A stretch of DNA of 64,000 nt from Candidatus Bathyarchaeota archaeon (lineage in GTDB: Archaea > Thermoproteota > Bathyarchaeia > Bathyarchaeales > Bathycorpusculaceae): contig OY969706.1 in assembly GCA_963702095.1 (NCBI GenBank), forward strand, positions 2,624,001-2,688,000, read 5' to 3'. Made by a program: the position numbers and the translations under genes. Below, piece by piece: positions 10,995 through 19,697 of this stretch. How positions within the stretch are numbered: position 1 is the first letter of the stretch; every line of letters begins with the position of its first letter. The notes under the pieces are model-generated. The model did no database searches. It saw only the letters and a program-made list of their open reading frames with translations, and was not told the origin of the DNA.

Positions 10995-12409
10995 GCTTTG
11001 CGTCGTAACTCCTCCATGTGGCTAATGCTTTTGCTGATGTGCCGTTTTTCAGCGATGTCTGTTCTGTTCCATAGCGCTCCACCGGTGATGGCTTTGGCAC
11101 CTTCCTGACTGATCTGGCGGGCTTCCTCTATGGATTCGCCGATGCCTAGGACGCCGATGGCGCGGGATTTGAGCGCGTAGTTTTTGCCGTCTCTTAGCTC
11201 CATGGAGCCGGGGTAGATGCGGATTTTGTCCCCGTACTTTTTGGTTAATGCCTCGGCTGTGGAGAGGTCTACTGGGGTGCCGACTGCACCTTTATTCACT
11301 TTGTCCGCGTGGACTTGTGAGTAGCCGCCGTAGTCAGGCGGAACCTTGTAAGTTAAAACCGTCGCAGACTTCTCCATCGCGACACCTTTGAGGTTGCCAT
11401 CCACCATTCGCAGGCAGACATCGACGAAGTCGTCTTTGATGACTGGGAGCAAGTTCATGATTTCGGGGTCGCCTGGTCGACTGTTGATTTCAAGGATTTT
11501 TATGCCCTTGCCCGTGTGCATAAACGCAAGGTATAGTGGCACGCCACGGAGGGCGGTGTCGTAGGGGATTTTGTTTTTCCATCCCGTGAAAACTTTGTTA
11601 ACGAGTGCCAGTTCGGCTTCGCGGTCGGCTGCGGTTAGGAAGGGCAGGTAATCTGCTGCGTCCTTGTAGGAACCCATGCCACCCGTGTTTGGACCCCTAT
11701 CGCCGTCGAAGGCGCGTTTGTAGTCCCGTGTGTCAGGCAATGGTATGAAGTGTTTTCCGTCGCAAAAGCCCATGCAACTGGATTCTTCACCAGGCACCTT
11801 TTCCTCAAGGATAACGGAGCCGTATTTGAAATTAGAGAGGAAATGCTCGAAGAGTTGTTCTTGGGTCGTGAAGTGGTCGCCCCAGACGCCGACGCCTTTG
11901 CCCAATGCGGGTTTGTCGGGTTTGACTGCGACTTGATTGTTCAATTCGTCGAGCCATTTGTAAACGTCGGCTTTAACTGCAGCTTCCGTTTTGTAGTCGG
12001 CTGGGTTGAAGACTTTGTATCGTGGATTCGCCTCAGGCGCAATCTCTTCGAAGAGGACGCGTTGGGCAACCTTGCTTTCTTCGATGGCGTAAGCTTTTTT
12101 GGGGCAGATAACGGGGATGCCCGCTTTTTTTTCGATGAGGTCTCGGATGCCCTTGATGATGGGGTTCTCGGAGCCGACTAAAACAAAGTCCAGTTGATCC
12201 TTGTTGGCTTCTGCGAACTTGCAGATTTCTTGCACGTCAAGGCTTGGGATTACTGCATGTTTGGTTGCATGTTTAGCGTTGAAGGGGTTGAGTTGTTTGT
12301 CGGCTACGTAGAGCTCAACTTTGTAGTTGGGACTGCGCAGGAGTGTGTCTGCCATAGCGACTTCTCTTGCACCGTAAGAAACCAGTAGGACACCAATCTT
12401 ATCCATCAA
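10991..12409 (-). CDS. purD: Phosphoribosylamine--glycine ligase (divergent)
   Basis: GAREVA, ESKVAQR, GKGV, GEESS, DYKRAFDGDRGPNTGGMGS, EINSRPGDPE. Confidence 0.9.
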   Translation of the reverse strand: MMDKIGVLLVSYGAREVAMADTLLRSPNYKVELYVADKQLNPFNAKHATKHAVIPSLDVQEICKFAEANKDQLDFVLVGSENPIIKGIRDLIEKKAGIPVICPKKAYAIEESKVAQRVLFEEIAPEANPRYKVFNPADYKTEAAVKADVYKWLDELNNQVAVKPDKPALGKGVGVWGDHFTTQEQLFEHFLSNFKYGSVILEEKVPGEESSCMGFCDGKHFIPLPDTRDYKRAFDGDRGPNTGGMGSYKDAADYLPFLTAADREAELALVNKVFTGWKNKIPYDTALRGVPLYLAFMHTGKGIKILEINSRPGDPEIMNLLPVIKDDFVDVCLRMVDGNLKGVAMEKSATVLTYKVPPDYGGYSQVHADKVNKGAVGTPVDLSTAEALTKKYGDKIRIYPGSMELRDGKNYALKSRAIGVLGIGESIEEARQISQEGAKAITGGALWNRTDIAEKRHISKSISHMEELRRKA

Positions 12410-12463
12410 AGATACACCGTTAATGCACTACTGTTTGAAAGGAACAGTTTATAGCGGTTACGG

Positions 12464-13940
12464 CTAAACCTCTTCGTTCTCGTAGATACGGCCTTTCTCT
12501 TCATAGCCCTCTTGGAACCGTTTCTTCATCGCATCCGCCATCTTCTGCGCGCAGGGCGTAGGATACTTACCTGTGACGCAGGCTAAGCAGAGTTCATCTT
12601 CCCTTTTGCCTGTGGCACGGATGAGTCCTTCGAGGGATTGGTAGCAAACTCCGTCGGCGCCAATGATCTTGGCGATTTCCGTTTCGTTGTGCCTGCTGCC
12701 GATGAGTTGGCCATAGCTGGACATGTCGATGCCGTAGAAGCATGGGCCGATGATGCGGGGGAAAGTGACGAAGACATAGATTTTTTTGGCGCCGGCTACC
12801 CGCATTTTTTCGATGATGACTTTGGTTGTGTCTCCACGTACGATGCTGTCTTCGGTTATGATAACGTTTTTGCCGGCCACTTTGGAATCTAAAATGTTTA
12901 TTTTCTTATCAATTGTCGAGTATCGCTCAGCGTTAAGCAAGATGAAAGCTCGTTCAGTAACATAGCGGTGACGCCTCGAGCAACGTTCCCAGCGCAGACC
13001 CGACTGTTCATGGACGCCCATCGCGGAGTCGTCGCCTGTCTCAGGCACTGACATGATGATGTCGCATTCTTTGGCGATTTCTGGGAATTCTTTTACGATG
13101 TTGCGTCCGAATTCTTCGCGGATTTCATAGACGTATTTGCCGTTGAAAATCGAGTCGGGCCTTGCAAAATACGCAAATTCAAAAGCGCAAAACGCAGGCT
13201 TTGGGTTAGAGATAACTTGGATACGTTTGAAACCGTCTTTTGAGGCTATGACTAGTTCGCCAGGGTTTAATTCAAAATCGCGGATGAGACTGTTCATGTC
13301 CAAACTGACGGTTTCAGAGGAAAAAGCAAGGGTTTTGCCGTCAGGGCTGTGTCCAGCGCAGAGGGGTTTTATACCATAGGAGTCTTTGAAAGCGAAAAAG
13401 TCTCCGTCGCCAGTTATGCCTATTACGCTAAACGCGCCATCTAAACCTTCCATGACCGCTTTAGCCGCCGACACTAAATCCCTGGTTTTATTATATTCAA
13501 GAAGCATCTTGTAGCAGACCAAGTCTGAGTCGCAGTTGTAAACGGCGTTTGGGAAATTCTCAAACATTTCTTTCTTCAGCGGCAAAGTGTTGACGATGTT
13601 GCCGTTGAATGACACCGCAAGTTTCACTCCGTCGCTTGAGCCCACGACTGGCTGGGTGCCTTCGATGATGGAGGCTTCGTCGCATTTGCCGGAGGTGGTG
13701 TAGCGGACGTTGCCTATGCCGACTGAACCAGGTGAGTCTGCCGAACCATTCGTTTATGGCGCTGCTTTTTACCTTCGGCACAAGGTCTAGGTTCTTGTAC
13801 ATGAAGTATTGTCCGTTGTTGTAGGTGAGGAAGCCATGTGACTGGTGACCTCGATGATTTTGCGCCCGTAGCCCCCAGTACATGTAGGGGAAAACGGGTT
13901 GATTGTCATAATTTATTGCCCCAAAGATACCGCAGCCTAT
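12464..13940 (-). pseudogene. purF: Amidophosphoribosyltransferase, split by a 1-bp insertion near 13733 (real or sequencing error)
   Basis: N-terminal CGIFG...QNHRGHQ in one frame; PGSVGIGNVRYTTSG onward (NGN, SET, YFARPDS, EDSIVRGDT, PCFYGID, CLAC) in the next frame. Confidence 0.9.
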
Positions 13941-14054
13941 TTTTGGTCCCTTCTCGCGTTAAGTATGCATGTAGTAACAGAGGGGGTTTATCAATTTTTA
14001 GTACAAATTTAACTAAAAACCACGGTAGTTTTTAACAGCAAGTAGTTTGAAGCT

Positions 14055-14215
14055 GGCTTGGGTTTGGGCGGTAGATTGTTTTTCTATTATTAGAAGAAGA
14101 GAGAGTCTGCATTGCTCATCATCTTCCAGCGGGCTGGGTTATAATGTCCATTTTGGCGTCAGCGTAGGGTGGACGTTGCAGGCTGGTTGAGGCTGATTCC
14201 ACAAGCAGTTCTAAG
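14055..14215 (+). repeat. Degenerate copy of the intergenic MITE-like repeat
   Basis: Shares TTTTCTATT...AGAAGAAGAGA...TTGCTCATCATCTTCCAGCGGGCT and GGCTGGTTG...TTCCACAAGCAG with the 38269 and 52225 copies; boundaries approximate. Confidence 0.65.
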
Positions 14216-14406
14216 CGCGTAGTCAGTGGGTGCAATATTGACAGGGTACCAGACTGTTAGTCGGGGAGACTTGTTCATAGCCACGCCGAGACCTTGATAC
14301 AACTTTCTGTTTCTTCATGTCGAGAGCTGGATTTTGGAAAAGTACGATTGTATGATACACTAAAAAGCACCAGGTTCTAGAAACCAAACAAATTATAAAA
14401 GAGTTG

Positions 14407-14892
14407 CTAAACCGCAGATGTGGCGGCGTTTAGGGTGCTGCACCATTCGGCGATTTTCTTTTGGGTTTCTTCCTTGTTTTTGGAGGGGTCTTTTAAGGGC
14501 AATTCGCCGACGATGTTTACGTTGGGCAGTATTTGGCGGATTTTTTCGCTGGCTTGTTTGGGGTCAGAGTCGAAGGTGTAGAATAACGCCACTTTTTTGT
14601 CCACCAAATTGTTTTGGCTGACGTAGGTTCGGAAGGCTGGTGTGGGAGCCCAAGCCCAAATCGGCGTGCCAACCACGATTAGGTCATAGTCAGCTGGCAC
14701 CCGCTTCAACGGGGCAATGTCGGTTAGTTTCTTTTGCGAAGCGTCTTTGCCACCCATAATCCAACCCATTTTGCCCTCGCGTTTTTTGAGGTCCACGATT
14801 TCTTCGAGGTCAGCGCCAAGTTCTGCCGCGACGGCTTCAGCCACAAACTTGGTTTTGCCTGTCCTTGTATAGTAAACGACTAAGCTCTTCAT
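14407..14892 (-). CDS. Flavodoxin-like protein
   Basis: VVYYTRTGKTKFVAEAVA, VGTPIWAW. Confidence 0.9.
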   Translation of the reverse strand: MKSLVVYYTRTGKTKFVAEAVAAELGADLEEIVDLKKREGKMGWIMGGKDASQKKLTDIAPLKRVPADYDLIVVGTPIWAWAPTPAFRTYVSQNNLVDKKVALFYTFDSDPKQASEKIRQILPNVNIVGELPLKDPSKNKEETQKKIAEWCSTLNAATSAV

Positions 14893-15043
14893 TTTGGGTC
14901 AGGTAAGTGGTTTCTCTGTAGAGGTATAAGAAACTTGCCGAACCTAAACATGGGAGAACGCTTGTTACTTACGTCCGGGTAAGTTAAAGAGGGGTTCTCG
15001 AAAAAAACAAAAGTAAAAGCAAAAGGAAAAAGGGTTGGATGGC

Positions 15044-16477
15044 TTATGGTTGCCATTTGTCGATGATGTATTTGGGGATTTCGCTGCTGTCGCGTGGTCC
15101 AACCAGCACTTTCCAGCCGGACAACTCTTCGATTTCGCCGCTGATACGTGAAGCTTTGCCTGGGCTGATGATTTTGCGATGCTTAACTTTCTGTTCGATG
15201 CCGCTTTGTTTGATTGCGTCAGCGATTTTCTCTGCGGTGAGTTTGCGTCCTGCGACTCCACTATCGATTGCGCTGCCTTCTGCGTCAACTACGATTAGGT
15301 ATGCGTTGGTTTTGCTGCTTTCGATGTCTGAGGCAACAGTGTAGTAGGTCAATGCGAAGTTACTGGTGAACATGACTGGGCTGTTTTCGTCTGGGGTGCC
15401 GAAGACTTTGAGTCCTGGCGCGACTGCGACTGGTTTACGTGGGTCAGTGTAGATGTTTTGCCGTAGCACTGCAAGGGGCAGTAGGCTCCATCCGTCATTG
15501 CCGTGTAGGATGAGGGCGTCTGCGTAGCGTACCACAAGCATCGATGCTATGTAGGATTCGCGCCATTTGATGAGGTCGTCTGCGGTTTCGCCCTTGTTCA
15601 TCCAGGCAACCATGGGTATGCCTAAGAGGGGTAAGCCTGCGAGTTCTTCACCGCCTTTTGTTGCTGCGCGACGAAGCATGGTAAAGCTGTTAATTGTGTC
15701 TGCTAAGCCTTCGTTGGCAAAGGTGCCTGGGTCTAAGACTATGTCTTTGACGCCGTATTCCTGCAGTGTCTTCGCTAAGCTTACGAGTCCATTGAGGTCG
15801 TTTGGTGAGGATGCGACCAGGGGTGCGTTGTACATGATTGCAAGTTCAGCCATGTCTTTCCAGTTAGTTGTGGTTGCTGCATAGATGAGTGGGCGGGTTT
15901 TGGGCGCTGCCATTAAGCCTGCTTCAGCGATGGCAGGGTTGAGTGCGACTAGGATCAGGGGCAGTTTGGTTGTTTCGCTGACTTTTTTGACGCATGCCTT
16001 GAATTTGTCTGCATCTTCAGAGGTGCAGCGGACCGCGATCATGTCTAATTTGAGGGTGTTGCCGATGTATTCGAAGCTGAAATTCTCGGTTTTCTGGGCG
16101 CGAGCGACAACTTCACTTTCAGGCATTTCGTCGGTTACGTCGATGGCGAGGGCTGTTGGGTTCTTGTAGGTGAATTCATGGCGGTACATAACGAGTTTGC
16201 CGCCGATTTTCTTAGCTTTCTCGCCTACGCCGACGATGACTTCTTTAACTGCGGGTTTTAGGAGTTCTTTTAGTTTGGCGTATGCTTTGGCGTTTTCTGG
16301 TTTTAGGAGTGGTTTGCAGCTGTCTAGTTCCATTTCGCGGTTGACGATTTTTGTGGCGAATGCCATGCAGTTGTCGACGCCGCATTCTTTGCAGTTAATT
16401 TTTGGTAAGCTCTTGTAAATCTCTATGGGGCTGAGTTCTTTTAATCCGGCTTTTTTCTTTTCTGCCATATTAGTCAT
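15044..16477 (-). CDS. cdhE: ACDS gamma subunit (corrinoid Fe-S protein large subunit)
   Basis: LPKINCKECGVDNCMAFA, YRHE, RQNIYTDPRKP, TSNFALTYYTV, VGPRDSS. Confidence 0.96.
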   Translation of the reverse strand: MTNMAEKKKAGLKELSPIEIYKSLPKINCKECGVDNCMAFATKIVNREMELDSCKPLLKPENAKAYAKLKELLKPAVKEVIVGVGEKAKKIGGKLVMYRHEFTYKNPTALAIDVTDEMPESEVVARAQKTENFSFEYIGNTLKLDMIAVRCTSEDADKFKACVKKVSETTKLPLILVALNPAIAEAGLMAAPKTRPLIYAATTTNWKDMAELAIMYNAPLVASSPNDLNGLVSLAKTLQEYGVKDIVLDPGTFANEGLADTINSFTMLRRAATKGGEELAGLPLLGIPMVAWMNKGETADDLIKWRESYIASMLVVRYADALILHGNDGWSLLPLAVLRQNIYTDPRKPVAVAPGLKVFGTPDENSPVMFTSNFALTYYTVASDIESSKTNAYLIVVDAEGSAIDSGVAGRKLTAEKIADAIKQSGIEQKVKHRKIISPGKASRISGEIEELSGWKVLVGPRDSSEIPKYIIDKWQP

Positions 16478-16483
16478 GTCTCC

Positions 16484-17725
16484 TTAAGCTTTCACCTTGA
16501 CCCAATCCGCAAACTTTGCGGGGTCAGCTTTTTTGCCGCTTGATAAGTAGTTGGTTACGTCCTTGAGTGTTTTTACGGCTGCGGGGTGCATCATCATGAA
16601 TAAGTCGACGCCTGCAAGGAGCAGTGTTAAGGCTGTTGTGACTTCCCAAAGTGGACCTCTGAGTTCACGTGGTTCCCATTCAGCGCTCATCTTGAGCCAT
16701 GCTTCACGGGCTGCCCAAGCGTTGGTCGTGCCGCTGCTCATGGGGTGTGCGAGTTCTTGGTCACCCATCAATCCGCCTATGCGTGCGCGTTCCATGTTTG
16801 TGAATGCGTAATCTAAGCCGTAGCCAAGTGCTGCAGTGGTTAAGTCCATGACGATGTCTTCGCGTGCAAGGTTGTCGTAGAGGCGCCTGTTGAGTTCACG
16901 GGCTAAGTTGAGGTCCATGGGTGTGAAGGAGAGGACTGCGTGGCCTGCTTTTTTGATGAATTGGGCGCATTTGTCAACGTCCATGTCGCGTGTGACTGAG
17001 CTGATTAGGAAGCGTTCGCCGGGGAACTGTGTGCATACTTCTTCAAAAAGTGCTGTGTCTTTAACCGGGTCTCCGCATCCGCCGATGACTAAGGGGACAT
17101 CTACGGCTTGGAGGACTTTCTCGACTGTTTTGCATGCGTCTTTTGGAGTTGCGTCTTTGAGTAGTGGGTCAACGCTGATAAGGTGCATTGTAACCATGTC
17201 TGCGCCGAATTTTTCGACTGCAAGTTTCGCCCATGCCGCTGGGTCGCCGACGACTTCTTTAACGTGCATCTTGACCGCTTTGGATAGGGGGACTTCCATG
17301 TCGAAAACGTCTAATGTGACTATAGGTTTGTGTGGCATTGGGTTTTCAAAGGTGTAGAAGGCAGGAGAGAGTTCGCCGCCGATAGTGTATGTTTTGCCGC
17401 GTGTACCGCCTTCGCTTTTGGTTGCGCCGAGTTTGACTGTGCTGATGGTGTTTGGGTATTTCTCGATGGGTGGCAGAAATGGTACCTGTAGCATGCTTGT
17501 GAGTTTGCCGCCTGCGCCTGCAATTGTTGGGGTGCCGGGCAGTTTGATTTTGGGCATGATTTGCCCTGCTGCGCCTGCTTCAAAGATGATTTCGAGGTCT
17601 TTGACGTCCATCTGGAAGTCTTCCAGCTCGATTGTCTGGAATTTGGCAAGGGCTGCCAAAAGGTCATCGCTTAACTGTAGACCTTCAGCGTCCTTTTTTT
17701 TGTTGTCTGTGTCGTGGTGAGTCGT
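16484..17725 (-). CDS. cdhD: ACDS delta subunit (corrinoid Fe-S protein small subunit); probable ACG start at 17725 (ORF-track TTG at 17659)
   Basis: LGATKSEGGTR, AALGYGLDYAFTNMER, NAWAAREAW, MMHP; frame open upstream to GGTGA-tttaa-ACG. Confidence 0.95.
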   Translation of the reverse strand, partial: TTHHDTDNKKKDAEGLQLSDDLLAALAKFQTIELEDFQMDVKDLEIIFEAGAAGQIMPKIKLPGTPTIAGAGGKLTSMLQVPFLPPIEKYPNTISTVKLGATKSEGGTRGKTYTIGGELSPAFYTFENPMPHKPIVTLDVFDMEVPLSKAVKMHVKEVVGDPAAWAKLAVEKFGADMVTMHLISVDPLLKDATPKDACKTVEKVLQAVDVPLVIGGCGDPVKDTALFEEVCTQFPGERFLISSVTRDMDVDKCAQFIKKAGHAVLSFTPMDLNLARELNRRLYDNLAREDIVMDLTTAALGYGLDYAFTNMERARIGGLMGDQELAHPMSSGTTNAWAAREAWLKMSAEWEPRELRGPLWEVTTALTLLLAGVDLFMMMHPAAVKTLKDVTNYLSSGKKADPAKFADWVKVKA

Positions 17726-17730
17726 TTAAA

Positions 17731-19143
17731 TCACCGTTTGTCTTTGTTGTCTTTAGCGGTTGTTATGATTACTTTGTTTGCGTAGATTTTGGCGTCTTTG
17801 AGTATGATCTTGAATCCGCCGGCCATTATTGGCAGTGAGCCTACTGTTGCAACTGGCATCATGGTGCCTGCTGCTTCTTCGTTAACGGTGACTGCTGTGG
17901 TTTCTGCTGCTGGGGCTTCTTCTGCTTCCCATCTTGCGACGACTGGGTGGTTCTTTGCTTTGAGGAATGCTTTGAGTTCGTCAACGTTCTTTGCGTCTTC
18001 TTCTGTTGCAATCTTGTCAACGAGGTCTTTGGGGATGAAGTCTTTGACTTTTTCTTTGACTTCTTTGGGTACCCAAACTATGCGGTTCCATCCGCCGTCT
18101 GCTGCGAAGAATTTGGTGCTACGCATATATTCGATGGACATTCCATGGAATCCGTCGATTTGGCGTCCGCCTGCTGCTGAGTCTGCGATGGTGCTGAAGG
18201 GTAAGCCGTTTACAGTTGCACCCTTGAAGTTTCTTTGCACGACTGCTAAGCCGTCGACTTCTGGGACGTAGAAGGTTACTGCTTCGAAGCATCCGCATGA
18301 AGTGTGTGGGTGGTCAAAGGCGGTGTAGAGCCATACTTTGGTTACTTCGCCCATGCTGCGTTTCTTTGCTGCTTCGTTGACGCCGCTGAATTCGCCTTTT
18401 TCTTCGTTTAGCATTTCGCCTCTCGGGATTGCGAAGACTGGACCTTTGGGGTCGATGCTTGCTGAGGCTTTACCATCGAACCAGCTGATGGCGCCGCAGT
18501 TGCTGTATCTTTGTGGTGTGATAACGCAGACGTGGCTTGGTGCGAATGACTGGCAGAGTGCACAGCCGTAGAAGGTGTCTACTTCAGAGTCTTTGAGGCC
18601 TCTGGCTTTTGCGTCGCGTGATTCATACGCTTCCATTGCTGCTGGCGTCATTTCTTCTAGTTTTGCCGGGTCTGTAATGAAGGTAACCTGTAGTTTCTCG
18701 ACGATTGGCAATTCGCTCTTGAATAATCTGTAGAGAACTTTGCCGATTGGTTCAAAGCTGTTTAAGCCTTTCTGGAAGGATTTTTTGCCGATGCGTATCC
18801 AGATGTCATAGCGTTGGTTTAGGTGCATGAAGCCTTCGATGTAGTTGAGGTAGCCGTGAATGCGTCTTTCGATGACACCTTCAAGGCCTGCGTCGAGTTT
18901 CTCGCCTGCAGCTTCAATAAGGATGCCGAAAGGGTATGCGCCGCCTTCCTTTAGGTCTTTTAAGTCTGGACCAATGATGGTGATTTTGCCATCATCGATT
19001 TCATTCATGGGTTTTACTTTTGCCAGTTCAAACTTTTGTTTGACTGTTGGTCCGCCGAGTTCGACTTGCATATCGTTTCTGCGGATACGTTCGCCTTCAA
19101 AAATTACGCCGACTTCAACAGGGATATCTTTAAACATTGACAT
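17731..19143 (-). CDS. cdhC: ACDS beta subunit (acetyl-CoA synthase, archaeal type)
   Basis: EGERIR, EGFMHLNQR, CALCQSFAPSHVC, HTSCGCFE, GGWNRIVW. Confidence 0.96.
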   Translation of the reverse strand: MSMFKDIPVEVGVIFEGERIRRNDMQVELGGPTVKQKFELAKVKPMNEIDDGKITIIGPDLKDLKEGGAYPFGILIEAAGEKLDAGLEGVIERRIHGYLNYIEGFMHLNQRYDIWIRIGKKSFQKGLNSFEPIGKVLYRLFKSELPIVEKLQVTFITDPAKLEEMTPAAMEAYESRDAKARGLKDSEVDTFYGCALCQSFAPSHVCVITPQRYSNCGAISWFDGKASASIDPKGPVFAIPRGEMLNEEKGEFSGVNEAAKKRSMGEVTKVWLYTAFDHPHTSCGCFEAVTFYVPEVDGLAVVQRNFKGATVNGLPFSTIADSAAGGRQIDGFHGMSIEYMRSTKFFAADGGWNRIVWVPKEVKEKVKDFIPKDLVDKIATEEDAKNVDELKAFLKAKNHPVVARWEAEEAPAAETTAVTVNEEAAGTMMPVATVGSLPIMAGGFKIILKDAKIYANKVIITTAKDNKDKR

Positions 19144-19145
19144 TC

Positions 19146-19691
19146 TTAATTTCCTCCTTCATTAAATTTTGAGGTCATTACTTTGAGGTTTGAAGCCCAT
19201 TCGTCTAGGCTTGCGTTGGGGAAGGACCAAGACGCATGTGCATGATACATGTTGTCGATGGTCATGGTCTTTAGGTCTGGTGCGAAGTGTTTGAGCCCCG
19301 AGAGGATTAGTGCTTCCATGTAGTAAGGCAATCCAACGAATATGACTAGGTCTGGGTGGCCTTTGCCGTCTAGTCCTTGCCATGTTGGGTCGACAACTCT
19401 TTGGCCTATGTCCATTGCGGTCATAAAGCCTGCGGGTTGGTAGCCTCTTTTTACGAAGTCACCCACGATGTGTGCTGTTGCTACTACTGGAACTTTGGAT
19501 GCGTTTGCGAGGTCGATGATGAAGTCTATTGCAGGTTTGCCTTCCATGAATCGGGTGGTTACGTTGCTACCCACAATAAGGAGGGGACGTTGGGCTTTTT
19601 TGATCATTGCTACGGCTATCTCGGGTTTTTGGATTGGATTTGCTTTTTTAGTTGCAGCTATTTCTGCACATTGCCATGGTTCACACGACAT
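19146..19691 (-). CDS. cdhB: ACDS epsilon subunit
   Basis: MIKKAQRPLLIVG, WQGLDGKG, LSGLKHFA, ASWSFPN; between cdhA and cdhC. Confidence 0.93.
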   Translation of the reverse strand: MSCEPWQCAEIAATKKANPIQKPEIAVAMIKKAQRPLLIVGSNVTTRFMEGKPAIDFIIDLANASKVPVVATAHIVGDFVKRGYQPAGFMTAMDIGQRVVDPTWQGLDGKGHPDLVIFVGLPYYMEALILSGLKHFAPDLKTMTIDNMYHAHASWSFPNASLDEWASNLKVMTSKFNEGGN

Positions 19692-19697
19692 TTCACA

